The notes beneath the pieces were generated by a model that had not been told where the DNA came from, made no database searches, and saw only the letters and a program-made list of their open reading frames with translations. The position numbers and the translations under genes were made by a program. Of a DNA stretch of 64,000 nt, positions 9,159-19,454 are shown piece after piece. Positions within the stretch are counted from its first letter, which is position 1, and every line of letters begins with the position of its first letter. This DNA comes from an uncultured Bacilli bacterium. Its GTDB lineage: Bacteria; Bacillota_I; Bacilli_A; RF39; UBA660. The DNA lies in the NCBI GenBank assembly GCA_934190785.1, contig CAKPTA010000001.1, positions 111,540 to 175,539 on the forward strand. The letters run 5' to 3'.

Positions 9159-10872
9159 TTTAGCGGTATTAATAGGTAAAAGAATTAATATTCTAAAAGA
9201 TGAAGAATTTGATAAATTAGATGATGTATGTTTTTTTGAAGCTGCAAATGAAAAAATAGAGTTTTATTCAATACTTAAAAGTAGTATAATTATAGCTAAT
9301 TTTATTGAGGATATTTTAAATAATGATGTTTTAGAAGTAGCATGTCTTGATAACATCCCAAAGATAGATGAAGTGAATATTAGTAATGTAACTAATGAAA
9401 GAACTATTGTTGTTGATATTGAAAAAAAAGTATTTAAAGTTTCGGTTCCAAAGGATTTCAAGGAAAAATTACAAGAAGAAATAAGAAATATTTCTCTAGA
9501 TGATATTGATAGAAGAGATAAAATAATTAATAAATTTATAGAACTAGTTAGAAGTAACTACAATAATTTAAAACCACAATATGATAAATATAATAGAAAT
9601 AAAACAAAAGTACTAGTTACATATATGAAACTAGCTGAGTTCTTTCAACAATTATCACTTAAGTTAGATAATTATATTTCTATACCAGACTTTGTATATG
9701 ATATACCTTATCCTGACGATTTAAAGGCTGTTTTAAATTATATTATTGAATTAAATAAAAAATTGTATTTAGAAGAAAAAAGTAAGGAGAAAAGTGCTAC
9801 TGATTTAGAACAATATGTAGAGTTATTCCTTAAATATGGTTATAACTTTAACAATTTTAATCAAGATGAGAGAGAGCTTATTTTAAATAATAGTTCATTA
9901 TCATCTTTAAGTCACATATTTGAAATTATGCCAATTGATTTAAAAAAACTTAGTAAAAGTGATTTCTTATACATTATTTTGAATACTGATGAAAGAATTG
10001 TTTCTAATATTAAAATGTTAATTTCTAATAACAACATGAAAAAAGAATTTTTTATGAATAATCCTGGCCTTTTTGTTTCAAATTTAAAAGTTAGAATGTC
10101 AGGTAATAGAGAAGTACCACTTTATAATAATTTTATGAATAATATTGATACTTTATTTTCTCTTAATAATTTTGATTATATGATTAGGAATAATTCTGAT
10201 TTATTTTTACTTTCAAATGATATTATAAAAACTAATTTAAATCTTATAACAGAATATGGCATAGATATTTATAATGACTATAATAATAAAATATATAAGG
10301 GAGATATTTTAACTGAGTCTCTATATATGGACTATGTTGATGAATTGATTGAAATGGGATACTATAGTTATATTAAATGTCATCCTGAATATATTAAAGA
10401 AAATACCAAAAATATGATTATTAGACTTAATATTGAAGATAATATAGGTGGAAATATTATTAATGAAAAAGGTAAATTTAAAAGTAGCATAACAAGCGGT
10501 AAAAACTTTTATGTTCCAGATAGTATGTTAGATAATTACCGTATACATAAAGTTAATGAAAATAAAGAAGATATTTATTTTAAACTTTTAGATAATTCTA
10601 AAAGAAATGTTATAAGTAAAGATTTATTAAAGCTTGATATTATTAAATATTTTGATTCAAAATATAAGATAAGTGAATATGAATACTGTATTGATGATAT
10701 TATTATTTCAAGAAAGAAAGTATTAAGAAATATGCAAGCGTTAATTAATTTAAAAGAAAATGATTATAATCATATGTTGCTTTCTTCAATTGAATATAAA
10801 GCTATTATGAATGATAGTGAAATTAAAACTGTATCAGATACTATTTACGGAAAAGTATTATGTAAAAAATAG
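9151..10872 (+). CDS. hypothetical 573-aa protein, translationally coupled to the preceding Gp49-like gene
   Basis: 8-nt overlap with the upstream gene. Asn/Lys/Ile-rich. No HTH or known domain recognised. Confidence 0.35.
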   Translation: MNDLAVLIGKRINILKDEEFDKLDDVCFFEAANEKIEFYSILKSSIIIANFIEDILNNDVLEVACLDNIPKIDEVNISNVTNERTIVVDIEKKVFKVSVPKDFKEKLQEEIRNISLDDIDRRDKIINKFIELVRSNYNNLKPQYDKYNRNKTKVLVTYMKLAEFFQQLSLKLDNYISIPDFVYDIPYPDDLKAVLNYIIELNKKLYLEEKSKEKSATDLEQYVELFLKYGYNFNNFNQDERELILNNSSLSSLSHIFEIMPIDLKKLSKSDFLYIILNTDERIVSNIKMLISNNNMKKEFFMNNPGLFVSNLKVRMSGNREVPLYNNFMNNIDTLFSLNNFDYMIRNNSDLFLLSNDIIKTNLNLITEYGIDIYNDYNNKIYKGDILTESLYMDYVDELIEMGYYSYIKCHPEYIKENTKNMIIRLNIEDNIGGNIINEKGKFKSSITSGKNFYVPDSMLDNYRIHKVNENKEDIYFKLLDNSKRNVISKDLLKLDIIKYFDSKYKISEYEYCIDDIIISRKKVLRNMQALINLKENDYNHMLLSSIEYKAIMNDSEIKTVSDTIYGKVLCKK

Positions 10873-10905
10873 AAATAGTTTTGGTATAATAAAGTAGGTG
10901 ATACT

Positions 10906-12699
10906 ATGGATTATATAAAACAAAAACTTTCTTTGGTTCCTAATTTGCCGGGTTGTTATCTAATGAAGAATAAAGATGGGGTTATTATTTATGTTGGTAA
11001 AGCTAAAAAATTAAAAAACCGTGTTAGCTCTTATTTTAGAGGTACACATACAGGTAAAACAGCTAAACTTGTAAGTGAAATTGTTGACTTTGAATATGTT
11101 GTTGTTGGAAGTGAAACAGAGTCTCTGATTTTAGAGATGAATTTAATAAAAGAGCATGATCCTAAATATAATATTTTACTTAGAGATGATAAAAGCTATC
11201 CTTATATTGAACTTACAAACGATAAAGTTCCAAAACTTAGTGTTGTTAGAAGTCTAAATAAGAAAAAACACAAAGGTAACTTATATGGACCATATCCAAA
11301 TGTTGGAGCTGCAAGAAATACAGTTAATTTATTAAATCGTATGTATCCTCTTAGAAAATGTAATACATATAATAGTCGTCCTTGCCTTTATTATCACATA
11401 CATGAATGTCTTGGGTATTGTACTCATAAAGTAGATCAAAGTGTGGTCGCAAAGATGAGAGATGAAATAATTAAGTTTTTAAAAGGAGACCATACTTATG
11501 TAACAGAGCGTATTACAAAAGAAATGAATGATGCTGCTTTAAGTCTTAATTTTGAAAAAGCACAAGAATTAAAAGAACTGCTTGATTATATTAAAGTAAC
11601 ATTAGTTAAACAAAAAGTAGAAGTTCAAGATAACGTTGATAGAGATGTTTTTGGATATTATATATATAAAGGTTATATATCAATTCAAGTTTTCTTTATT
11701 CGCGGTGGTAAAGTATTAGAAAGGCATTCTAAGATAGCTACTATGATGGAAGACGAAGGAGAAGAACTTACAAATTATATTGCTAAGTTTTATTCTGGTA
11801 GCTTTTTACTTCCTAAAGAAGTTCTTGTACCAGAAATTGTTGATTATAATACTTTGTCAGAATTCCTATCTGTATCTGTAAAAGCCCCACAAAAAGGTGT
11901 TAAGAAAAAATTAGTTGATATGGCAAAAGAAAATGCCAAAATATCACTTTTAAATCAATTTGAAATGATTGAAAAAGATCAGACTAAAACATCTAGCGCT
12001 AATGAAGAATTAAGAAATATTCTTAAACTTGATAGTTTATATCGTATTGAACTTTTTGATAATTCTCATCTTTTTGGAACATATAGTGTTTCTGGAATGG
12101 TTGTTTTTAAGGATGGTAAACCAAGTAAAAATGATTATCGTAAATTTAAAATCATGGAAGATTCAAACGATGAATATGGAATGATGAAGGAAGTTATTTA
12201 TAGAAGGTATTTTCGCATTTTAAGAGATAACTTAGAAAAACCAGATTTAATTATTGTTGATGGTGGATTAGGACAAATTCATGTGGCAAGAGAAATCCTT
12301 AAAAGTTTAGGTATGAATATACCAGTAGTTGGATTAAAGAAGGATAATAAGCATAATACTAGTGCTCTTTTAGCTTTTGATCCTATTGTTGAAATTCCAA
12401 TTGATAAAAAAAGTAATTTATTTTATTTCTTAGAAAGAATGCAAGATGAAGTACACGATTTTACAATTGCATATCATAGACAAATTAGAAGTAAGGGTGC
12501 AGTTGAAAGCATTCTAGACAATGTAGCTGGAATTGGTAGTGTTAGAAAAAAACAATTGTTAAAAAAATATAAAACTATTACTAAAATCAAAGAAGCTGGT
12601 GTAGAAGAAATAGGAAAAATTGTTCCATCTTCTGTTGCACTTGAACTTATGAATGTAATTGATGAATACCTTAAAAATAATAAGGAACTTAAAAGTTAA
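10906..12699 (+). CDS. uvrC: excinuclease ABC subunit C
   Basis: N-terminal GIY-YIG (PGCYLMKNKDGVIIYVGKAKKLKNRVSSYF), 597 aa. Confidence 0.9.
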   Translation: MDYIKQKLSLVPNLPGCYLMKNKDGVIIYVGKAKKLKNRVSSYFRGTHTGKTAKLVSEIVDFEYVVVGSETESLILEMNLIKEHDPKYNILLRDDKSYPYIELTNDKVPKLSVVRSLNKKKHKGNLYGPYPNVGAARNTVNLLNRMYPLRKCNTYNSRPCLYYHIHECLGYCTHKVDQSVVAKMRDEIIKFLKGDHTYVTERITKEMNDAALSLNFEKAQELKELLDYIKVTLVKQKVEVQDNVDRDVFGYYIYKGYISIQVFFIRGGKVLERHSKIATMMEDEGEELTNYIAKFYSGSFLLPKEVLVPEIVDYNTLSEFLSVSVKAPQKGVKKKLVDMAKENAKISLLNQFEMIEKDQTKTSSANEELRNILKLDSLYRIELFDNSHLFGTYSVSGMVVFKDGKPSKNDYRKFKIMEDSNDEYGMMKEVIYRRYFRILRDNLEKPDLIIVDGGLGQIHVAREILKSLGMNIPVVGLKKDNKHNTSALLAFDPIVEIPIDKKSNLFYFLERMQDEVHDFTIAYHRQIRSKGAVESILDNVAGIGSVRKKQLLKKYKTITKIKEAGVEEIGKIVPSSVALELMNVIDEYLKNNKELKS

Positions 12700-12754
12700 A
12701 TAAAAGTAAAAAATACATTGCTTTTTAATAAAATATAGTGTATATTATTTATGT

Positions 12755-12801
12755 ACTTATTCGTGGAGATTCGATCCTCCGACGATTTCTAGGAATAAGC
12801 G
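12755..12801 (+). promoter_or_regulatory. putative rpsO leader stem-loop (possible S15 autoregulatory element)
   Basis: acttattc...gaataag 8-bp outer stem encloses ggag/ctcc inner helices, 24 nt upstream of the rpsO ATG. Confidence 0.3.
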
Positions 12802-12824
12802 AATTTTAGAAAAGGAGAAAAATT

Positions 12825-13094
12825 ATGGCATTAACAAGCGAAAAGAAACAAGAAATTATAAAGAAATATGCAAGAACTGAAGGAGATACAGGATCTGCTG
12901 AAGTACAAATTGCTATTTTAACTGCTGAGATTAACGAATTAACTGAGCATTTAAAGGAACATAAACATGACTATCATTCAAGAAGAGGTCTTTTAAAGAA
13001 AGTTGGTCAAAGACGTAGTTTACAAAGATATTTACTTAAGACTGACGTTACTCGTTATAGAAACTTGATAGCTAGTTTAGGACTTAGAAAATAA
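12825..13094 (+). CDS. rpsO: 30S ribosomal protein S15
   Basis: 89 aa, ...[29 protein letters not shown]..., with a strong RBS. Confidence 0.95.
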   Translation: MALTSEKKQEIIKKYARTEGDTGSAEVQIAILTAEINELTEHLKEHKHDYHSRRGLLKKVGQRRSLQRYLLKTDVTRYRNLIASLGLRK

Positions 13095-13098
13095 TAAA

Positions 13099-13135
13099 GT
13101 AGGCACTTATTTTAAGTGTCTTTATTTTTATTTAT
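13099..13135 (+). terminator. rho-independent terminator after rpsO
   Basis: aggcacttattttaagtgtct hairpin followed by a T-run. Confidence 0.55.
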
Positions 13136-13230
13136 AAATAAAAAAATAATAATTTTTTATAACTTTAATTCTAAAATATTAAAGTGTTAGTTTTAAGAAT
13201 ATAAAGTTATTTGAAAGGAAATAATAAGAT

Positions 13231-13860
13231 ATGGATAGTAAAAGAGTTTTTATTGGAGTATACAAAGATACTAATCAAGAATCATTGTTTTACCAAAAAG
13301 ATAATGGCTTATTTCGTGATTTGATAAAAAGTAGATCTGTTTCTATTGATGAATTAGAAAGTAATTTAATTTCTTATGATAGTTTTTGTGATAATATTAT
13401 AGAACACAGCAGTAAGGCAATTTCTTATGATAGTTTTTATGCTAACATTATAGAACACAAAAGTAAATTTAAAAGAAATATGATTAAGCTATATAATTAT
13501 GATAGAATGCAGAAAGTATCGTTAAAAAGAGTGTTTATAGGGAATAGTTATGTAGTTGCTAAAATACTTAATAGAGATTTTTTTGGTTTTTCATCATGTA
13601 CAACAACTTATAGCAGTCAAAAATTAGGTGATAGAATATTATTATATTCTGAAGATTATGATCTAGAATATAGTGATTTTATTGATATAGAGAATAATGA
13701 ATATTATAAGAATTTATTTTGTCCAGAAAAAGGAGATATTTATATTTCGATAGATGATTTAAAACCGGCTTCATTAGAACTTAATATTCATGATACGGTT
13801 GTTGAAAAACAAAAGTTGTTAGAAAAATATAGAACGTATAAAAAAGGAGGTAACAAATGA
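13231..13860 (+). CDS. hypothetical protein inserted between rpsO and pnp; contains an internal tandem repeat
   Basis: 209 aa. The repeat unit ISYDSF(C/Y)(D/A)NIIEH(S/K)SK occurs twice. A second module (KRVFIG...) is also duplicated. Overlaps the pnp start by 4 nt. Confidence 0.4.
   Translation: MDSKRVFIGVYKDTNQESLFYQKDNGLFRDLIKSRSVSIDELESNLISYDSFCDNIIEHSSKAISYDSFYANIIEHKSKFKRNMIKLYNYDRMQKVSLKRVFIGNSYVVAKILNRDFFGFSSCTTTYSSQKLGDRILLYSEDYDLEYSDFIDIENNEYYKNLFCPEKGDIYISIDDLKPASLELNIHDTVVEKQKLLEKYRTYKKGGNK
13369..13470 (+). repeat. direct tandem repeat, 2 x 51 bp (~85% identical), in-frame within the CDS
   Basis: Copy 1 at 13369-13419 and copy 2 at 13420-13470, read directly. Confidence 0.7.
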
Positions 13861-15995
13861 AAAGAGTATTTGAATTAGATTTTAGAGGAAGAAAAATTGT
13901 TGTAGAACATGGAGAACTTGCTAAACAAGCAGATGGAGCTGTTTTAGTTCGTTATGGTGATACAGTTATTTTAACTGCAGCTGTTGTTGCTAAAACTGCT
14001 AATTTATTATCTGATTTTTTTCCATTAACAGTTTTATATCAAGAAAAACTTTATTCTGTTGGTAAAATACCAGGTGGTTTTATAAAAAGAGAAGGACGTC
14101 CTACTGAAAATGCTACATTAGCAGCTAGAATGATTGATCGTCCTATGCGACCACTATTTAAGGATGGATTTAAAAATGAAGTACAAATAGTTAATACAGT
14201 TTTATCAGTAGATCAGGATAATTCACCAGAAATGACAGCAATGTTAGGTTCAAGCTTAGCAGTATCAATTAGTAAAATTCCATTTGATGGGCCTATTGCT
14301 GGTGTAAAAGTGGGAAGAGTTAATGGCGAATTTATTATAAATCCAACAAAAGAACAAATGGATAACTCTGATATTGATTTAACGGTAGCAGGAACTAAAG
14401 ACGCTATTAATATGGTAGAGGCAGGTGCAAAAGAAGTAAGTGAAGACGATATGCTTGAAGCTTTAATGTTTGGACATGAAGCTATTAAGGAACTTATTGC
14501 TTTTGAAGAAGAAATAATATCAGCAATTGGTGAAGAAGATATGGAATATGAAACACTAGAGATTACTGATGATTTCAAAAAAGAAATCGAAGTTCTTGCT
14601 GGTCCTACTTTAAATACAGCTATGCGTATTAAAGATAAGTTAGAAAAATATGCTGCTATTGATGCAGCAAAAGAAGATGTTGTTAAAATTTATGAAGAGA
14701 AGGGCGCATCTTTAAGTGAAGATGAGAAAAAAGAATTAATTACTAAGGTAAAATTAGTACTTGAAAATATTGAGTATGAAATATTTAGAAATATAGTTGT
14801 AAAAGAACATACAAGAGCTGATGGAAGAGAAATGGATGAAATTAGACCACTATCAACTGATATTGATCTATTACCTCGAACTCATGGTTCTGCTTTATTT
14901 ACAAGAGGACAAACTCAAGCTTTAGGTGTTGTTACGCTTGGAGCTTTAGGGGAACATCAAATTTTAGATGGACTTTCTATTGAAGACGAGAAAAGATTTA
15001 TGTTACATTACAATTTCCCTCAATTTTCAGTTGGAGAAACAGGACGTTATGGTGCACCTGGAAGAAGAGAAATTGGACACGGTGCTTTAGGAGAACGTGC
15101 ATTGCAACAGGTAATACCAAGTGAGGATGAATTCCCATATACAATTCGTGTTGTTTCCGAAATACTTGAATCCAATGGTTCATCAAGCCAAGCATCTATT
15201 TGTGCTGGTTGTATGGCTTTAATGGCAGCAGGTGTGCCAATAAAAGCTCCAGTAGCAGGTATTGCTATGGGATTAATTACACATGAATCTGATTATACAA
15301 TTTTAACTGATATTCAAGGTATGGAAGATCATCTTGGTGATATGGATTTCAAAGTAGCAGGAACTAGAGATGGAATTTGTGCTCTTCAGATGGATATTAA
15401 AATTAAAGGTATTACAAAACAAATACTAAAAGAAGCTTTAGATAAGGCCAAAAAAGCACGTATGCAAGTTTTAGATGTTATGGAAAAACAAATTGCTGCA
15501 CCTAGAAGCGAAGTTAGTAAATATGCTCCTAAGACAATGTCATTCTATATTAATCCAAATCGTATTAAAGAAGTAATTGGAAAAGGTGGAGAAATGATTA
15601 CTAAGATAATTCTAGAATCAAGCCACGTAAATACAGTAACTGATGTTAATGCTGTAAAAGTTGATATAGAAGAAGATGGTAGAGTAATAATTTATCATAG
15701 TGATAAAGATATTATTGATGAGACAGCACGTCGTATCAAAGATGTTGTAAGAGAAGTAGAAGATGGTGCTATTTACAAAGGAAAAGTAGTAAAAGTTGAA
15801 GATTTTGGATGTTTTGTTGAATTGTGGCCTGGATGTGAAGGACTTGTTCATGTTTCACATTTAGATAGTAAGCGTGTTGAAAAACCTAGTGATGTTGTAT
15901 CTGTTGGTGATGAAATCATTGTAAAAAGTTTAGGTTATGACAAACGTGGAAGACTTAATTTATCAAGAAAAGAAGCTTTGCAAGAAGAAAAATAA
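13857..15995 (+). CDS. pnp: polynucleotide phosphorylase
   Basis: 712 aa with two RNase PH domains, KH and S1. The [15 protein letters not shown] motif is present. Confidence 0.95.
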   Translation: MKRVFELDFRGRKIVVEHGELAKQADGAVLVRYGDTVILTAAVVAKTANLLSDFFPLTVLYQEKLYSVGKIPGGFIKREGRPTENATLAARMIDRPMRPLFKDGFKNEVQIVNTVLSVDQDNSPEMTAMLGSSLAVSISKIPFDGPIAGVKVGRVNGEFIINPTKEQMDNSDIDLTVAGTKDAINMVEAGAKEVSEDDMLEALMFGHEAIKELIAFEEEIISAIGEEDMEYETLEITDDFKKEIEVLAGPTLNTAMRIKDKLEKYAAIDAAKEDVVKIYEEKGASLSEDEKKELITKVKLVLENIEYEIFRNIVVKEHTRADGREMDEIRPLSTDIDLLPRTHGSALFTRGQTQALGVVTLGALGEHQILDGLSIEDEKRFMLHYNFPQFSVGETGRYGAPGRREIGHGALGERALQQVIPSEDEFPYTIRVVSEILESNGSSSQASICAGCMALMAAGVPIKAPVAGIAMGLITHESDYTILTDIQGMEDHLGDMDFKVAGTRDGICALQMDIKIKGITKQILKEALDKAKKARMQVLDVMEKQIAAPRSEVSKYAPKTMSFYINPNRIKEVIGKGGEMITKIILESSHVNTVTDVNAVKVDIEEDGRVIIYHSDKDIIDETARRIKDVVREVEDGAIYKGKVVKVEDFGCFVELWPGCEGLVHVSHLDSKRVEKPSDVVSVGDEIIVKSLGYDKRGRLNLSRKEALQEEK

Positions 15996-16020
15996 AAAGG
16001 TGACTAATTAGTCGCCTTTT
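15996..16020. terminator. bidirectional terminator shared by convergent pnp and the HIT gene
   Basis: aaaggtgactaattagtcgcctttt hairpin. The HIT-gene stop codon lies inside the stem. Confidence 0.5.
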
Positions 16021-16376
16021 ATTATGTCATAAATTTCAGATGGGTTTTTAATTTCCACATTATTTTCATAATGTGGAACTACATGTAAGTGAAAATGTTT
16101 TACTTCTTCAACATCACCATTATTCTGAGAAAAAGTAATACCTGTACATTTTAGCTTTTCTTCAAGTAATTTTTTAACTTTCAAACCTACTTTAAAAATA
16201 TGCATAACAGTATCACTATCAATATCCATACTGTCAACAAAATGATTCTTAGGGATTATTAAAGTATGACCATTACTAGCTGGATTAATATCTAAGAATG
16301 CTAAAACAGTTTCATCTTCATAAACTTTATAGCTTGGAATTTCTCCATTTATAATTTTACAAAAAATACAGTCCAT
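16008..16376 (-). CDS. HIT-family (histidine triad) hydrolase
   Basis: NGHTLIIPKNHF and HFHLHVVP histidine-triad motif. Confidence 0.8.
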   Translation of the reverse strand: MDCIFCKIINGEIPSYKVYEDETVLAFLDINPASNGHTLIIPKNHFVDSMDIDSDTVMHIFKVGLKVKKLLEEKLKCTGITFSQNNGDVEEVKHFHLHVVPHYENNVEIKNPSEIYDIIKGD

Positions 16377-16557
16377 AATATCATCTCCATATAAAATTAT
16401 ATCAAAAAGAAAAAAAGAGTAAACTCTTTTTGGTGAATATCTGCGAATATTCTATTTAATTATGAGTAAAAATGTACATTTTAAACAAAAAATTGACAAA
16501 AGAGGTAAATAACTATATATTATAAGTGTTGTAAACATTTAGAACGATGGTGATTTT

Positions 16558-19182
16558 ATGATTCAAGATTTTAAAAATAAAACAAAAGAAGAACGCCTTA
16601 TGCTATTATCAAACAGTGAATTTATAAAAAGTATTTTAGCGATGCCACCAGCTTCTCTTAATGCTTTTGGACTTTCCCTTAGTAATGATGAAATGCAAAA
16701 GTTTGTTCCATATGCATCTGATTTTACAAAAGTAGATAGAATTCGTTTTAATGCTTTTTTTAAAACATTTGGTTCAAATATTCAGAAACAATTTTTTGAT
16801 AATGAAGAATTTTTAACGTTTTACATGGAAGCAAAAAAAACACAGCGAGGATATCATCCTTTTATGTCACTTCCTGAGGATGTAAAATTATACGTTTTAG
16901 AGAAACATGAATATATTATGAGTCATATAAATAATCTTGAATATATACATAATTTAAATAAAGAAAATGAAAGATTATATCTTGATTCACTTGATACATA
17001 TATAAAAAATAATTGTAGTGATGAGCTTAAAAACATTCCTATCACTGAGCTTAGATATGTATATAGCTTGTACCATGATAAAGATTATTCTAAAGTTAAA
17101 GCTTGGTGTAAACGGGAATTTCAAATTGAAGATGAAGAATTATTTGAAAGCTTATTTAATTTAATTATTCATAATCATGCTAAACTTACTTATGCCCTAA
17201 CACTAAAAACAGAGTTAGAATGGTTATTATATTTAAAATTTGATATTTATATACCATCATTAGATGAAAAAAGTGAAAATCTAGGTATTAAACTGGATAA
17301 AGAATTATTAAAAAAAGTTAGAGTACATGATGTTAACCGTATATATAGAGAATTAGCTAATACTAATGAATTAAATGATTATGAAAAGCTTATTTTATCA
17401 CTTAATGCGTATAGTGTTTTGGGGCTTGATAATAGTTTAAAACTAGTCCGTGGTAAGTTTTCAAATATAACAGATCGTGCTCTTGATAGATCAGCAAGAT
17501 TAGATTTTACTGATAGTAGAAGAGAATATAGAATAAAACATCAAGATGAGTTTTACGGTTATCAATTATTTGATAAAGTAAAAAGGTGTTTTAAAGATGA
17601 AGAATATACATATCTAGAAAATATTTTTAAAATAAATCATAATGAAATAGATGAGTATATAAATGAAATATATTCCATGTGGAAGAAGAATGAAAAACAT
17701 GAAGAGTGGGATACCTTTTTAGCCCATATAATAAAAACAACAATTACTAGACGTGAGAAAAATTTAGAAAAAGAACACATTGAAAAATTTAAGAAAAATT
17801 ATCTAGCAAAAAGAACACATGATGTAACAATTAAAGATGTATTTATGTGTTTTCGTGATATTGATTTAAGTAATATTTCTTACAATGATAAGGGTAAACC
17901 TATAATTAATCCAGTTTTAGTTACATTTTTACTGGGAAATGAAAAAGTTGATAATGATTGTTTAATTAGACTTGTTTTAAATGGACTAGCTTTTGGACTT
18001 AATTATACGCTTGCAAATACAATTAATCATTTTAAAGCTTTAAATGATATAATTGAAAAATCTAAAGGTAAAATGAATATTAATTCTCTTTTAGATGTAA
18101 TTGATGCTAGTAAAGTATTACTTTATGAATTAGAGCCTGATGAGCAAGATATTTCTCTTGCTACAATAGCTAAAATTCAGTCTTCAAGGCAGCATTGCAA
18201 TGAACCTGTTGATGTAATTATAAGAAAAGTAAAAAAGCTTCATCATGAGAGAAAAAGTAAAGTAGCAGCTACAATTCCATTTGTTCGTGGAATAAGTGCT
18301 AATGGTATTTCTTATGGTATATTAGAGTATGATGATGAAAAAGTACTTACGGCTGGAATAGATACTGGAAGTTGTTTTAGAGTAGGCGCTAGAGGTGAAG
18401 ATTTTCTACGCTATTGTGCATTAGATAAAAATGGCGCTATATTATCCCTTACAACTAAAGAAGGTAATTATTACATTTGTCCACTTATTAGAAATGGGAA
18501 CAGTGTTTATGGAAATGGCATAGATCCAGAACCAAAAACAGAAAAAGAGACAGAGGAACTATTAACAACAATTAAAGAATGTTTCTCTAAAATGTGCCTT
18601 CGAAGTGATAAAAAAGAACCAATTGAAATAGGTGTTATCACTGATTTACATAATAAAAATTATTTTGAACATGAAACTTATGAAAAATTTAATTCTAAGG
18701 AAGCTTTTATGCTAGGAGAATACTGTTATACTGATTACTATAAATCAACAATTCAAAATTATATAATTTATAAAGAAAATAATGCTGAAACTAAATATTA
18801 CAATCCTAACATTGTTTATAGTGAGCCACGCCAAAAACCATATACATATATTTCATCAGTAGAGCAAGATAAAGAACGAATTAACCTTTTAATAAATTCA
18901 ATTGGTTACACAATATATAAAGAGGAATTAATTAAAGAAAAAAGTAGAAAAAAAGCTTTTAAAACATATAAACCATTTAATGTTGATGATTTTAAATCAA
19001 TTAATGGTGCTAAAGATTGGTTTGTAGGAATAAAAGACAACTTAACAGTTGAAAGTAGATGCTTACCATATGATAAAAGAGCAAAAATTGAAATGTATAA
19101 CGCTTTAGCTAAAATAGAAGAACAACTAAATTTTTCAGAAACTATGGAGGAAAATCTATCATGCGAGAAGAAAAAGGTATAA
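16558..19182 (+). CDS. large hypothetical protein (874 aa)
   Basis: Long uninterrupted ORF with TTGACA-17-TATATT promoter upstream. No recognised domain. Confidence 0.4.
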   Translation: MIQDFKNKTKEERLMLLSNSEFIKSILAMPPASLNAFGLSLSNDEMQKFVPYASDFTKVDRIRFNAFFKTFGSNIQKQFFDNEEFLTFYMEAKKTQRGYHPFMSLPEDVKLYVLEKHEYIMSHINNLEYIHNLNKENERLYLDSLDTYIKNNCSDELKNIPITELRYVYSLYHDKDYSKVKAWCKREFQIEDEELFESLFNLIIHNHAKLTYALTLKTELEWLLYLKFDIYIPSLDEKSENLGIKLDKELLKKVRVHDVNRIYRELANTNELNDYEKLILSLNAYSVLGLDNSLKLVRGKFSNITDRALDRSARLDFTDSRREYRIKHQDEFYGYQLFDKVKRCFKDEEYTYLENIFKINHNEIDEYINEIYSMWKKNEKHEEWDTFLAHIIKTTITRREKNLEKEHIEKFKKNYLAKRTHDVTIKDVFMCFRDIDLSNISYNDKGKPIINPVLVTFLLGNEKVDNDCLIRLVLNGLAFGLNYTLANTINHFKALNDIIEKSKGKMNINSLLDVIDASKVLLYELEPDEQDISLATIAKIQSSRQHCNEPVDVIIRKVKKLHHERKSKVAATIPFVRGISANGISYGILEYDDEKVLTAGIDTGSCFRVGARGEDFLRYCALDKNGAILSLTTKEGNYYICPLIRNGNSVYGNGIDPEPKTEKETEELLTTIKECFSKMCLRSDKKEPIEIGVITDLHNKNYFEHETYEKFNSKEAFMLGEYCYTDYYKSTIQNYIIYKENNAETKYYNPNIVYSEPRQKPYTYISSVEQDKERINLLINSIGYTIYKEELIKEKSRKKAFKTYKPFNVDDFKSINGAKDWFVGIKDNLTVESRCLPYDKRAKIEMYNALAKIEEQLNFSETMEENLSCEKKKV

Positions 19183-19373
19183 TAAAAGAATATATAGATG
19201 ATATTAATGGAATAATACTAGGTGAAGATAATATTGAATACTTTTTTTCAAAAGTAAATATGGACTCGGATATAACAGGTAGTGTTAATGAAAAAGTAAG
19301 ATTTATTGTAAAAAATATAAAAACAGAAAATGGATATATTATCCATAAAGCTATCGATATTACAGGGTTATAG
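19161..19373 (+). CDS. small protein with cold-shock-domain-like pattern
   Basis: 70 aa. KGIIKEY..NGIILGEDN.IEYFF...GSVNEKVRFIV...GYIIHKAIDI resembles the CspA layout. Overlaps the upstream gene by 22 nt. Confidence 0.3.
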   Translation: MREEKGIIKEYIDDINGIILGEDNIEYFFSKVNMDSDITGSVNEKVRFIVKNIKTENGYIIHKAIDITGL

Positions 19374-19423
19374 TTTTATTATATAAGAATTCTAAGTACA
19401 CCCACGCTCCACTTGACAAGTGG

Positions 19424-19454
19424 GGGGGGGGTGTATGCTAAAATACACTTTAGA
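19424..19454 (+). promoter_or_regulatory. putative sigma-A promoter (TTGACA ... TAAAAT) with a 19-nt spacer containing a G9 homopolymer
   Basis: -35 TTGACA at 19424-19429 lies inside the perfect palindrome ccacttg-a-caagtgg. -10 TAAAAT at 19449-19454. G run at 19433-19441. Confidence 0.4.
19433..19441. repeat. poly-G homopolymeric tract (9 G)
   Basis: Read directly. This is the only such G/C run in the window. Confidence 0.9.

Noticed and set aside
16400-16440. Hairpin aaagagtaaactcttt between the HIT gene and the 874-aa gene
   Set aside because: It lies upstream of both divergent genes, so it is not positioned as a terminator for either. Possibly a regulatory site, but there is no further support.
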